DNA of 63,465 bases, filler included, from Octopus bimaculoides (taxonomy: Eukaryota), in assembly GCF_001194135.2 (NCBI RefSeq). It is 5 parts of 5 records of this genome, joined end to end, with 100 filler letters (N's around TTAATTAATTAA, not from the genome) between each part and the next. Parts side by side here need not be neighbours in the genome. Positions count along the whole stretch, not along the records: positions 24,864 to 40,964 come from NW_026303129.1; 4 more parts are not named here. The stretch is one strand, 5' to 3'. This document shows positions 25,070 through 38,468 of the stretch, one piece after another; positions within the stretch are counted from its first letter, which is position 1, and each line of letters begins with the position of its first letter. Under the pieces are notes generated by a model. That model was not told the DNA's origin and did no database searches. It saw only the letters and a program-made list of their open reading frames with translations. Both the position numbers and the translations under genes were made by a program.

Positions 25070-25852
25070 GCGCGCGCGCGCGCGTGCGTTCGCTCGTGCG
25101 ACTCTTTGTCTGTACGTAGCTGCCTACGTACGTGTAGATACCTGCTTATCAATTTATGTAATATTCTATTTCTCTAGAGAGCTGTATAATAAAAGAGTGG
25201 AATCAGGGACAGAGCTTCAGTATGTGGTATGTTACAACGTATTCAGAAATACAAAATTAGCTGTAATCAAGTAAGCCATGACAGTTAATCTAAATGATTG
25301 ATAAAGATATGACAACCACCAGGTAGGAAGACTGATTAAATTACTATTTAATAACATTAGAAATAAATCAATCTGGCTGAGAGTAAGATAGCAATGCGTA
25401 CAATAGTAAAACCTTGAGGTGTAATGACAACTCTGGGATGGCGAATTTTATCTTAGCGGATGTCAGTCATTGAAAAGTCTATTGATGCTATTTTTAAAGT
25501 AATAGAAAATAGATATATTTGACTGATTGACGGAAGCATTGATTGATAGATCGAAGGTTTGCTTAGTAGTAAATTCTTCTTTGTAGTATCTGAACTTTAC
25601 TTTATATCTATTGATATGAGCTTCCTCTTCGTCTGTCTAAATATCAGCGTGCCTTGGCTAACAATTTGCTTTTCAGGCAAAAAATAAATACTTCAATTTC
25701 AGCCAGTAAGGTCGTAAATAACGACGGTGTATTTTAACTGAAGAGTATGAATGAAACCATAATGGCTATGCTCTTATATAATTGTATGTCAGGTAACTCG
25801 ATAGAACCTTGAAGGAAAAGATGGGAGTCTTATCCGTCATACAGTATATGGC

Positions 25853-26583
25853 GTGGAGGCGCAATGGCTCAGTGATTAGGGCAGCAGACTCGCCGTCGTA
25901 GGATAGCGGTTTCGATTCCCAGACCGGGCGTTGTGAATGTTTATTGAGCGAAAACACCTAAAGCTCCACGAGGCTCCGGCAGGAGGTGGTGGCGAACCGT
26001 GCTGTAATCTTTCTCCAAAACTTTTTCTCGCTCTTTCTTCCTGTTTCTGTTGTACCTGTATTTAAAAGGGGTAAGCCTTGTCACACTGTGTGTCACGCTG
26101 AATCTCCCCCGAGAACTACGTTAAGGGTACACGTATCTGTGGAGTGCTCAGCCACTTGCACGTTAATTTCACGAGCAGGCTGTTCCATTGATCGGATCAA
26201 TTAGAACCCATATGCCCACGGGCATATGGCGTAGTGGTTAAGAGCGTGGGCTACTAACCCCAAGATTCTGAGTTCGATTCCAAGCAGTGACCTTAATAAT
26301 AATAATAATAATAATAACAACATCGAAANNNNNNNNNNACTAACCCCAAGATTCTGAGTTCGATTCCAAGCAGTGACCTTAATAATAATAATAATAATAA
26401 TAACAACATCGAAAAATATCTTAGGAATGAGAACCCAGGTTCGAAATTTCCTCAAGACATCTGATGAAGACTGGAGGGTATATCAGCCAAACGTTGTGTT
26501 AGCATCAAACAAGATGAGGACAAATATCCATCAAATGTAAACAATGAACTGAAACCCTCGCCGTCGTAACCGACAGAGTGCTA
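25853..26583 (+). mobile_element. Family A SINE interrupted by a family G insertion
   Basis: Body 25853-26209. The tail resumes at 26547 (aactgaaaccctcgccgtcgtaaccgacagagtgc). Confidence 0.85.
26220..26546 (+). mobile_element. tRNA-headed, hammerhead-containing SINE (family G); partly duplicated across a small gap
   Basis: Head gggcatatggcgtagtggttaagagcg...gagttcgattcc, then (AAT)n, then gacat-CTGATGA-a-gactg...cagcc-AAAC-GTT-gtgtt at 26456-26500. Confidence 0.85.
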
Positions 26584-28959
26584 CGATAGTGTATGGCAGG
26601 GGAATAGCTAACTTACGGAGAATAAATACTGTTGGATAAGAGTTAAACACTTATTAAATTTACCAAAAACGATGGTTCTCAAACTGAGAAATACAAGGAT
26701 ATCAATTAGCGAAAAATAGGAGTACGATATTTACAACTAATTTTTAGGCCATTTTTAATAACACAAAATTGAATCTTCTTCGCCATGTTGACGGACACGT
26801 TTAAAAGCTGATATCCTTTTTCCGTGCTCACTGCCTTTTCAATCTTCGCTGCCCTTTATGAGAAAAAATGAGCTAATGGATCATTAATAAATTTAAACGG
26901 CACCGTTGAATACTGAATGTGGCTGAGAGAGATCTCACCTATCCCGATTTCAAGAAATAGTTACAGGCTTTCAGTAAGAGATATGTTTCAGAAGAGATCG
27001 GTCGCAGGAAAGCTCAGACTGAATAGCGTTGGAGAAACGAATTTAATCCATGGTTCACATTTTGTTGATGTAATCTGAACTGGGGCCCCATAGGCATTTG
27101 ATGTTCCAAAAATTTCTGTTATATTTCTATAATTAAATATTATTTAGAATTATATTAAAAAAATTGTTAGAATATTTTGTGTATGTAGAAGTATATAACC
27201 AACTTATTGAACATAAATTTTAACAATAAAATCTGATATGGACCGCTAAAGGTCATATGGACCCTGGTTTAAAACCACTGTTAATGGAAAGCGGTACTGT
27301 GACAGATATTTGGGTCAACCGATTTATAGAGCGAGAAAGAGAGAGAGAGAAAGAGTGAGAGAGAGGGAGAGAATGAGTGATGATTCGGTCCAGTACTTGA
27401 TTGCTACCTTATTCTATGAACTGCGGAAAGTTTAAAAGTAAATTCATCTGCAGCAGATTTTCATCTCAGAACACAAAGGACTGGAACAAATACAGTAAAA
27501 AAGTCTGTCTGTCGCTCTACCAATTTTGCCAATCGAATTTTTGCAGTTCAGCTTGCTGCTATTGTTTCCAATTCACACACAAGACCAGAAATTTTTAAGG
27601 GAAGGGTTTCGTCATTATTATAGGTTCTAGCACTTGCGTGGTTCTTTATTTTAATGACCCCAAAAGATGAAAAACGTTGACAGAAGCGGGAATTAAGCAC
27701 AAAATATAAAGCTCCAGAACAAAGGTACGAGAAAGAATTTCCTCCGTCGCTTTACCGATCCTGCCTATCTAGCGTTTTTNNNNNNNNNNNNNNNNNNNNN
27801 NNNNNNNNNNNNNNNNNNNNNNNNNNNNNNNNNNNNNNNNNNNNNNNNNNNNNNNNNNNNNNNNNNNNNNNNNNNNNNNNNNNNNNNNNNNNNNNNNNNN
27901 NNNNNNNNNNNNNNNNNNNNNNNNNNNNNNNNNNNNNNNNNNNNNNNNNNNNNNNNNNNNNNNNNNNNNNNNNNNNNNNNNNNNNNNNNNNNNNNNNNNN
28001 NNNNNNNNNNNNNNNNNNNNNNNNNNNNNNNNNNNNNNNNNNNNNNNNNNNNNNNNNNNNNNNNNNNNNNNNNNNNNNNNNNNNNNNNNNNNNNNNNNNN
28101 NNNNNNNNNNNNNNNNNNNNNNNNNNNNNNNNNNNNNNNNNNNNNNNNNNNNNNNNNNNNNNNNNNNNNNNNNNNNNNNNNNNNNNNNNNNNNNNNNNNN
28201 NNNNNNNNNNNNNNNNNNNNNNNNNNNNNNNNNNNNNNNNNNNNNNNNNNNNNNNNNNNNNNNNNNNNNNNNNNNNNNNNNNNNNNNNNNNNNNNNNNNN
28301 NNNNNNNNNNNNNNNNNNNNNNNNNNNNNNNNNNNNNNNNNNNNNNNNNNNNNNNNNNNNNNNNNNNNNNNNNNNNNNNNNNNNNNNNNNNNNNNNNNNN
28401 NNNNNNNNNNNNNNNNNNNNNNNNNNNNNNNNNNNNNNNNNNNNNNNNNNNNNNNNNNNNNNNNNNNNNNNNNNNNNNNNNNNNNNNNNNNNNNNNNNNN
28501 NNNNNNNNNNNNNNNNNNNNNNNNNNNNNNNNNNNNNNNNNNNNNNNNNNNNNNNNNNNNNNNNNNNNNNNNNNNNNNNNNNNNNNNNNNNNNNNNNNNN
28601 NNNNNNNNNNNNNNNNNNNNNNNNNNNNNNNNNNNNNNNNNNNNNNNNNNNNNNNNNNNNNNNNNNNNNNNNNNNNNNNNNNNNNNNNNNNNNNNNNNNN
28701 NNNNNNNNNNNNNNNNNNNNNNNNNNNNNNNNNNNNTATATATATATATATATATATATATGTGTATGTATATATATCAAACTCACATATGAAATCGTTT
28801 CTCACATAGAGAAAGAAAGCAAAATCAATCCTAGCGAGAACAGAAAATCGACCACGGTGGGAAATGAACGCAGAACGTATAGAATCAGAACTAAAGACCG
28901 CAAGTAACTTCGGCTAAAGATGTAAAGATTCGACCAAACATCTGCACAATAATGGTTTC

Positions 28960-29255
28960 AAAGTTTGGCACAAGGCCAGTAATTTCGGCGGAAGTGGTAA
29001 GTCAATTACATCGATCGCAGTACTCGGCTGGTACTTGTGTCATCCACATAACAACCCTTTCCTCTATAGGCACAAGGCCGGGAATTTTGGGGAACCGGGC
29101 AAGTCGACTACCTCAACCCTAGTGCTTAACTGGTTCCCAAAAATCGAAAGGCAAACTCGACCTAGACAGAAAACGAACTCAGAACATAAAGACGGATGAA
29201 ATGCCGCTAAGCATTTCGCCCGGCGTGTTAACAATTCTGCCATCTCGTCGACTTA
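28960..29255 (-). mobile_element. Family B SINE fragments
   Basis: Tail/core and head blocks as in 6655-6860. Confidence 0.7.
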
Positions 29256-30499
29256 AAATACTCACATATAAAGAAATAAAATTTAAATAAGCTGTAAACT
29301 TTAAAAAAATGAAATAAATTTATTTAAAACATTTTCTTCCTCAGCATTCGCTTTCGTTTCCCTAATGTAGGTGTTGTGGGGCAATACCCAATATTAACCA
29401 ATCCACTGTTCCAGTGGGTTCTTCCTCTGATATGGAAGTACGGTTCCACTAAATCTAATGTTACATCTGGTGAGATCATTCAACTTTTACAACATATATC
29501 TTTCTTCTTCTCACAGCTCATCTGACATAATAAATCTCTGTAGTTTCATATTCTTCATTCAAAAGAAAGACCAACAGTCGTATTTGTACTTCTCAAAACA
29601 TGTTTAATCAAAATTAATCACTTTTGAAGCAAAATGCTATCAGCCGAGAAAATCTGCGTTGTTGCGTTTCAGCCATTTGTTTCAGCCATTTTGTTATTTA
29701 TTCCTTATTTATTCTGCAAAATATATTCCAAATGCATATCACAAAAGAGAGCAATTTCCAGACTTTGTCTATTCTTCTAGTGATTCTATTATTGTTTAGT
29801 TCTCACAACTGCTTCAATGGAAGCTTTGAAAAGTAGGATTTTAATTCTTTCACCGAATGAATGATAATTCCCGTATAAAATAAAGTTTGCGTGTTGCTGT
29901 CCTTGTCGTTTACTGTATTCATAAACTAGCAAATACTTCGTGTTATTATTTGGTATGCAATGAATAGGCGAGTATGGCGGTCGGTGTCCTTTCCTCTCTT
30001 AGCTACATCTACAACAGACATGAATTTAGTATTGTATATTAACAAAACACTCGACATATATACATTAGTCACGTTGTTTTCAGTGGTGAGAAAGTGAGAA
30101 AGAGCGTGGTTGGGGAGCATTTATCCATGTGATGTCTCGAGCTGCTAGAAATAGTAGCCAAATCTCCTCAAATGAAACATACCAACGTCGAAAAGCTGTA
30201 TGACGTAGTCGTGACACACATTTAAAACCATGATGATGGCCATAGCTGAAATACATTAGATGGTGCATCTGCTGGATCAGTAACGATCTGGGGCTAAACA
30301 AGAACCGCAAAATAGATTTATTTATAGGTAACACTAAGTCTATTGGCAATCATTAATATCAATACATTTTCACCGCTGTTTATCAGCAAGTTACTGTGTA
30401 TGGCGTTTTCAATAGGGTTAAGAGTTTTTCTGTTTTGGTTGAATGAGCGAGAGAAACATATTTTCTCAGTAGTTTGCTAAGACAAATAACAATTTTAAT

Positions 30500-30905
30500 T
30501 TTAATTTTGGCATGAAGCCAGAAAATTTACGGCAGTGGTAAATGGATTATACGGACTCCGATACTTGACTGCTATTTCATTTTATCGATTTCGAAAGATG
30601 AAAGGCAAAGTCGACCTCGCCTGAATTTGGACCAGATCGTAAAGAGCCGGACGAAATACCGCTTAGCATTTTGTCCAACGCGCAAACGTTTCTTATTTCT
30701 TTATTGCCCACAAGGGGCTAAGCATAGAGAGGACAAACAAGGACAGACAAAGGGATTAAGTGGATTACATCGACCGCAGTACGTAACTGGTACTTAATTT
30801 ATCAACCCTGAAAGGATGAAAGGCAAAGTCGATCTCAGCGGAATATGAACTCAGAACGTAACGGCAGACGAAATACCGCTAAGCATTTTGCCCGGCGTGC
30901 GAACG
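30500..30905 (-). mobile_element. Two tandem family B SINEs
   Basis: Copies at ~30500-30685 and ~30700-30905. Confidence 0.8.
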
Positions 30906-31769
30906 ACTATTAATGACAATTTTAAAGGTTTGTCCCTCCCCATGGTGCGTAAATAGGGAAGCAGACAATAGAAATCTAATCTTTACTCCGCCCTACGTAT
31001 ATATATAAATATNNNNNNNNNNNNNNNNNNNNNNNNNNNNNNNNNNNNNNNNNNNNNNNNNNNNNNNNNNNNNNNNNNNNNNNNNNNNNNNNNNNNNNNN
31101 NNNNNNNNNNNNNNNNNNNNNNNNNNNNNNNNNNNNNNNNNNNNNNNNNNNNNNNNNNNNNNNNNNNNNNNNNNNNNNNNNNNNNNNNNNNNNNNNNNNN
31201 NNNNNNNNNNNNNNNNNNNNNNNNNNNNNNNNNNNNNNNNNNNNNNNNNNNNNNNNNNNNNNNNNNNNNNNNNNNNNNNNNNNNNNNNNNNNNNNNNNNN
31301 NNNNNNNNNNNNNNNNNNNNNNNNNNNNNNNNNNNNNNNNNNNNNNNNNNNNNNNNNNNNNNNNNNNNNNNNNNNNNNNNNNNNNNNNNNNNNNNNNNNN
31401 NNNNNNNNNNNNNNNNNNNNNNNNNNNNNNNNNNNNNNNNNNNNNNNNNNNNNNNNNNNNNNNNNNNNNNNNNNNNNNNNNNNNNNNNNNNNNNNNNNNN
31501 NNNNNNNNNNNNNNNNNNNNNNNNNNNNNNNNNNNNNNNNNNNNNNNNNNNNNNNNNNNNNNNNNNNNNNNNNNNNNNNNNNNNNNNNNNNNNNNNNNNN
31601 NNNNNNNNTGGCAATATACTACACTTTATCGTGCAGTTACTGTTAATACTTCATTTAGAGAATTAACATTGCTTGTTTTCACCTTTTTGATACCAGTGAA
31701 GAATTTCACTGGAAAAGTAGATATAAGATTGCCAGGTTTTTGTCTCTCTCACCAAGGTCAGTGGATGTC

Positions 31770-31970
31770 GAACGCCGACGAAGGGAAATAACCCTGAAAT
31801 CCGGATCCGTTCGTGCTACAGACCATGGTGAGAGGGATAACTTCCCTTGGCAAACAGGACACAGTCGTGTGTCGATAAGCCAGCTGGAGGAGATGTCCTC
31901 CTGGGGCTAAAAGCAACAGTAACATCCACCCCTAGGGGTCAGCCACACTTAAGTGGCAATATACTACACT
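31770..31970 (+). mobile_element. Penelope-like terminal repeat with hammerhead motif
   Basis: gaacg-CCGACGA-aggg-aaataa-ccct-GAAA-tccgga-TC-cgttc at 31770-31812, followed by ccagctggaggagatgtcctcctggggc shared with 2502-3003. Confidence 0.7.
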
Positions 31971-33234
31971 TTATATATATATATATATGACGGATATTTC
32001 AGGATATAGCATAAAACTCTTGCCCCAACTCTTGCCCCTGCTGAATGCGATTGAACATAGAACCACATGAATGAGAAGCAAATTACTTATCCACTTGGCC
32101 ATTTCATCGCTTATTGAATCGCAGAACATAAAGCAACGCAAACAAATACCGCCAGACATTTTGTCCTTTGTTCTACCCATTTTTGTCATCCACCATCGAA
32201 CGAGATAATGGAATATCGAGAAGATAATATGAAATTCCTCATCTGTATTTACTGTTAGCTTCTTACAGACCGGCAGCTAGCTACTTAAATATATATTGCC
32301 AAACAAAACAAGATTTAGTCTCTCTTCCTTCAACAAGCATAAACAAAGACACCTTTCAGCTGAATACCTCAGCGCTGTACCTTTACTACATATAATTGCA
32401 GACTTTTATAATGACGTGTATAAGATAAAAATAATTGTTATACCTCAATAACAATTACATTTTGTAGTAATTCAGTGCAATAAAAAGAAACAAACCGTAA
32501 AAGTAAGTTGGACACAACAGTAAGTAACTACGTTTATTCAACACAGCAAACACGACATTACAATTTCCTTATATTGTTCCAACAAAATGTTCTCCTAGCG
32601 AATGTTTAGGAACAATAATTAGTCTCAATAACATACTTTAGCGCAGACATTGACAGCAGCAAACTATTAAAACAACAAGGATAAAGCTTTCTCAAAGTAC
32701 TGATTGCAAAGTTATTTACATTGTACGGAACGAAGAGTTTTGCTTGCGGTAAAATTGTTAATTAACAGAATGGTGGCAACAAATATATTTTTGAAAGACG
32801 CAAAGCTATACGATGATATAAGCACTGGGAATATATATCGCACTACAACTAGAAAGTGGCAGATAAAGTACTTAAGGCAGTGAACTGAAAATATTTAATT
32901 AATTTAGACTAAATTCGTATTGTCATTCTTGTGAAGAAATACAGCGAAGTCGATCCATAGAATGTTAATTAGTAAAAAGGAAATAATTATAAAATGCATG
33001 ATGAAATGCTCCTTATCATTGTGGGTACATTGATAAATATGAACGTGTAAAATAATTATACCTTTTTAATGACAATATTCTTTATCTCTCAAAACCTAAT
33101 GTTTCAAAATCACATTATTTTTGCCAACATTGGGTTCCTGAGAAATTGTAGCGAATAACATCCTGTGCGCGGGAAAAAAAAACTCTTCTTTTTTTCGACT
33201 TCAAGAAACCAAAACTAACATTTTGTTAGTTTTA

Positions 33235-33680
33235 AGATGGCGAGCTAGCGGAATCGTTACCGATCCGGACAAAATGCTTAGCGGCATTTCTTCCGACATT
33301 AGTCTGAGTTCAAATGCTGCTGGGATCGAATCTGCGTTTTATCCTTTTGGGGTCAGTAATATAAGTACTAGTTGATCACTGGGGTAGATGTAATCAACTT
33401 AATATGTCCCCTGAAATTGCTGGCTATGTGCTAAATTTGAAACCGATATTTATTGACTTTAAAGCGGCGAGCGGGCAGAATCGTTAAAACACTGGACAAA
33501 ATGCGTAGCCGCATTTCGTTCGTCTTCACGTTCTGAGTTCAAATTCAACCGAGGTCGACTTTACCTTTTTTCCGTTTCGGAGTCGATAACATAAGTACCA
33601 GTTGAGTACTGGGTCGATGTAATCGACTTGCGCTTCCTCCAAAATTGCTGGCCTTGTGCCAACATTTAAAACCAATGTTT
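33235..33680 (+). mobile_element. Two tandem family B SINEs
   Basis: Copies at ~33235-33440 and ~33465-33680. Confidence 0.8.
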
Positions 33681-34107
33681 GTTGGCTTTCATTGGAATTT
33701 GGGCGTATGCCTAATTTTAACAGTAGATATAATGCCTCAATCGATTAACTACCACCATCATAATTACAACGATCACCAGACTTTCATCCATTCTGTATTT
33801 GGCAGAAACGGGCTAACTCTCCGCTCCGAGATTGACTTTCTCTCTACATCTCACCCATCACGTGGGCCACGATTAAATGAAAAACGAGATTTAATACAAG
33901 AAGCAGTTTATTAATCAGCAAAGCTTTGATCTTAATTTCTAGTTGTTATTATAGAGAACCGTCTTTAGCATGTTATTTTAAATTCAGTTTGGTTCGAAAT
34001 AAGGTCAACAGAAAATAGGGTCAACATCAGTGTATTATTATTTTACAGGAATTAAGGTGGCAAGCTGGCAGAAAGGTTAGCACGCCGGGCGAACTGCTTC
34101 GCGGTAT

Positions 34108-35688
34108 AACGGCTCTGTGAATTATTGCGAATTATTGTGAATACTGTTGTGTTACTTTGTGAAAACTGTCTCGGTAAATAATTGTGATTTTTGTGGAACT
34201 ATTACGGTTACATTTCACGCGAGCTGCTGCGTTTCTTCTCAGCTATGGCAAGTTTCCAGTATGGAGAGCTACGCCAAGGCCACTGCGGTGAGGAAGCCAG
34301 TGCCGCTAGAAACCAAATTAATCAAGTTGGATATGGAGGAGGTGACCAGAAGCAGGAATTTGATAGAAGTTGAGGGAGACTCATACAAATTGTGCACCCC
34401 CAAAAGAGACTAAAGAAGAAACAATTCTGAGGACAGTTGTGTATCGTACACAGGCTGTCGAACCCTGTAAAATTGAAATGGTGACCGAAGAGGAAATCGA
34501 GGAGTGCCTGGGTGAAATTGTGAATGAAGTCATGTACATCAACAGAGGAAGAAAGTTCGGTACGGTAGAGGTGAGGTTCGCCACTATAGACGAGGCAACC
34601 AAGTATGCAACCAACATTTTAAGAAGTGAAAAAATAGCATTACTACCAAGTTATAGAGGAAGAATAAGTGTGAAAATACGTATTCCCAGAGTTACACCAG
34701 AAATCAAACCAGAGTGGTTGGTTGCAACAGTGCTGGCTGCAACCAAAGAGGAGCCGGAATTGGGACCAGTGGCGAAATCAAAAGTGCGCAAATGGTGGGG
34801 ATTTGGACTCGAAATGTGGCTTTTTGCCACATTCTAGGACACAGAAAGAATTCCTTACCAGATAGAAGTGGAGGATGTGAGAACCTTAAATCTTGTAGTC
34901 GAGGGAAGGAAACCAAATTGCTACATATGCGGGGAAAGATGTCATATGAAGACCAAATTCCCCCTATATGAGTTCACACAGCCACAGCAAGAGAAAGCAC
35001 AAGCAGAGGAGGAAAACATTGTAGACCACACTGAGGAAATAAAAGAGAGACAGAAGTGTGAAACAGAGAAAATAAAGAAGAACGAAAATGGAGCTACTAA
35101 CCCTAAAAAGCGAAGGAAAAATAAGTCAAAGGAACGGTCAACAGAAAACAAAAAAGAGATAGAAATGCCAGAAACTAATAATGTACAAGAAGAGGAGGAG
35201 AGAACGGATAAAAATGTGAAATACAAGGGGGTTTTGATAAAGTACGAGAATTGCGNNNNNNNNNNNNNNNNNNNNNNNNNNNNNNNNNNNNNNNNNNNNN
35301 NNNNNNNNNNNNNNNNNNNNNNNNNNNNNNNNNNNNNNNNNNNNNNNNNNNNNNNNNNNNNNNNNNNNNNNNNNNNNNNNNNNNNNNNNNNNNNNNNNNN
35401 NNNNNNNNNNNNNNNNNNNNNNNNNNNNNNNNNNNNNNNNNNNNNNNNNNNNNNNNNNNNNNNNNNNNNNNNNNNNNNNNNNNNNNNNNNNNNNNNNNNN
35501 NNNNNNNNNNNNNNNNNNNNNNNNNNNNNNNNNNNNNNNNNNNNNNNNNNNNNNNNNATTTTTTTAATTCTTGCATATTATCATTTTATTTTAATTACCC
35601 TGATTTTATGTTTGCGTTTTGTACTGCCTTTATGTTTTGTGATGTCTTAAAAATTCTTTGTATAGTCCTTTATGGTTAATAAAGAAAT
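34108..35688 (+). mobile_element. ~1.6-kb ORF1-only non-LTR element inserted in a family B SINE
   Basis: Disrupted ORF1 (EVMYINRGRKFGTVEVRF...VEGRKPNCYICGERCH). T-rich 3' UTR ending in AATAAA (35678-35683). cggtat repeated at 34102-34107 and 35689-35694. The SINE head lies before 34107 and its body resumes after 35689. Confidence 0.7.
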
Positions 35689-36000
35689 CGGTATTTCGTC
35701 TGTCTTTACGTTCCGAGTTCAAATTCCGCCGAGTTCGACTTTGCCTTTCATCCTTTCGGGGTCAATAAATTAAGTACCAGTTACGCACTGGGGTCGATGT
35801 AATCGACTTAACCCCTTTGTCTGTCCTTGTTTGTCCCCTCTATGCTTAGCCCCTTGTGGGCAATAAAGAAATAAGAAACGTTAGCACTCTGGGCGAAATG
35901 CTTAGCGTTATTTCGTCTGTCTTTACGTTCTGGGTTCAAATTCCGTCGAGGTCGACTTTGCCTTTCGGAGTCGATCTAATCGACTGGTTCCCTCCCCCCA
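35689..36000 (+). mobile_element. Remainder of the interrupted family B SINE plus a second partial copy
   Basis: cggtatttcgtctgtctttacgttccgagttcaaattcc...; a second head starts at ~35875. Confidence 0.8.
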
Positions 36001-37064
36001 AATTTTTAGTCGAATGAATCAACCCAAGTATTTAGTTTTTTAAGCCTGGTACTTTTTCTAAGGGTCTCTTTTGTCGAAACATTACGTTATGGGGACATCA
36101 ACACCGATTGTAAAGCGCCTAATAGGGGACACACATACACACATATATGTATATTATTTTTGTATTTAGTTTGCAAGATTCTGTATGTGAATTTGAGTGT
36201 TGAAGCATATTTTATTGTCTGGGGAGAGTCATTCTCTTAGTGCTTTATTACTCAACGCACTCACCGGTTCGATTTCAACGCATTCAATACACACACACTC
36301 ACAAGACTTTAATCGACCCATGGCTATAATAGAATGCACTTGCTTAAGATGCTACGCAAGGGGATTGATCCCAGAACTATGTGCTAGGGAAGCAAACTTA
36401 TTACAACAATGCCACATCTGATCGAGACCTTCCCAGCTTGGATCAGCTGGTTTAGTTTCAGAAATAATCTATTAATAATTTATTATTTAAAGAGATTTTA
36501 ATGACTGTATTAAATTGATCTGTAAGCGGTCTCCCTTCCTTTCTCCACATGGAGGCGGGTGAAGTGCTTTTAACTGAAACATCGATGAAAGTCAGAATAG
36601 AGAACATGGACGGAGGCAATAGAATTCCAGCGGCGTATTAGCAGACTCGGCAGTACGGAGAACAAAATCGGTTGTTTTATTTGTGCCGACTCTCAGCGCT
36701 CAGAATTCAAGTCACACCAGTTTTAAAATCGCCCATTTTCATTTCTAGAACCAGCCCACGTGACAATCGGATTAAGAGAAACAGTTACATGGTAGGACAA
36801 CATGATTTGCGTTATTTGTCATTTTTCATTATTTTCGAATTAATTGATTGCTTGCTTTAACGTAACCAGTCGGTACGTGGATACATTTATAATCCTTCAC
36901 TGTTTACGTTCTGATTTCAAGCCCTGACGAAGTCCTTTGCATATCATACTTTTGGGGCGATGAAATAAAGTACAAATCAAGTACTGGCATCAATGACATC
37001 GACTAAGCATAATCTACAAAAATGCTGCGTTTGTTTTCTAAACCAGAAAAAAATGTTTGAAATT

Positions 37065-37445
37065 TTTGGCGCAAGGCCAGTAATTTAAGGTAAGGCAGTA
37101 AGTCGATTACATCGACCCCAGTACCCAACTGGTACTTGTTTTATCGACCCTCCCCAAAGTCTAGAATGCAAAGATAACTTTGACAGAGTTTGAACTCAGA
37201 ACATAAAGACGGGCGAAAACTAGAAACCATATTAGTATTAAATTAAGGCAGCAAGCTGCCTGAATGGTTAGCATGCCGGACAAAATTCTTACCGGTATTT
37301 CATCCGGTTTACATTTTGAGTTCAAATTTATGCCTGTAATTCTTTCGGGGTTAGATAAAATAAGTACCAGTTGAGCCCTGAGGTCGATGTAATCGACTTA
37401 CCCCCTCCAGACATTGCTGGTCTTGTGCCAAATTTTCAAACCGAC
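37065..37445. mobile_element. Divergent (head-to-head) pair of family B SINEs
   Basis: Minus copy ~37065-37220 and plus copy ~37245-37440. attagtattaaat is repeated on both sides of the plus copy. Confidence 0.75.
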
Positions 37446-38281
37446 ATTAGTATTAAATAACTATTCTTCATTCACATCAGGTGGAGATGTTTATATGGAG
37501 CAAATAATAAAAATGAGGTGGCTTGGAGAGATGTAAAAATACACAAGTAATTTAAATGGTTGAAGAAGAAAGGTGAGAAGACTCTTTGAAATGTGGCAAC
37601 ACGATTCTGTGTTCATTTGGTAGCTAAGTCACGAAGATTACGCCTCCCATGACAGCAATGTTAACTATAGCGACAACTTCAATAACAACTTACGTTAACA
37701 AGAACAACAACAGCATTGGCAGCATCAGCAGCAGTAGCTTGCAGGAGAAACAACAACAGAGAACAGCAAGTGACCGAAACTAGCACGAATTCCTATCACT
37801 ATGGTCAGACAAATAATATGCGAGACATAAGACACAAAAGAGTATGGGGCGTTGAAATTTCTTCAAATATTAAAAGTCTGTTTAAGCTGAGCGAAAAAAA
37901 ATAACATTGTAAAGAAAACTAGAAATAAATAAATGATTTGGATGATAAAAACAAAAGCATGAAAAAAATGAATACAAAAAGCAAAGCAATGAGATAATAT
38001 AGTTACGAAAAAGCTGTAAGATAATTCCACCCGCTCCAAAAATAAAATAAATATAAAACAATAGAAAAAGACTATTAGTCTAATGCATAATAATCAAATA
38101 AAAGTAAATGAATCTTTATTAAAAAAACAGCAGACATTTATAAATTTCACAATTTTTTCTCATTTGTATACCGACAGGACAATGAGTTAAACTACGAGAA
38201 TATTTGAATCGAAATTTAACTCAAAGCAACAATAGTCTCAAATGAATTATTCAGAATATCTAACAGATTTTATACACACAG

Positions 38282-38331
<50 letters not shown>

Positions 38332-38428
38332 CTTATGTGTGTGTGTGTGAACGTGCGTGTGTGTATATCTATATATAAACTCGTCGCATCTATAGAAATA
38401 CATTGATGCAAATATGTCTGTCTGGTTG

Positions 38429-38468
<40 letters not shown>

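Noticed and set aside
26329-26412. Apparent tandem duplication of the family G head
   Set aside because: Identical sequence on both sides of a 10-N gap: unmerged contig overlap.
29330-29560. Faint resemblance to Cys-rich transposon accessory proteins
   Set aside because: Needs several frameshifts; too weak to call by eye.
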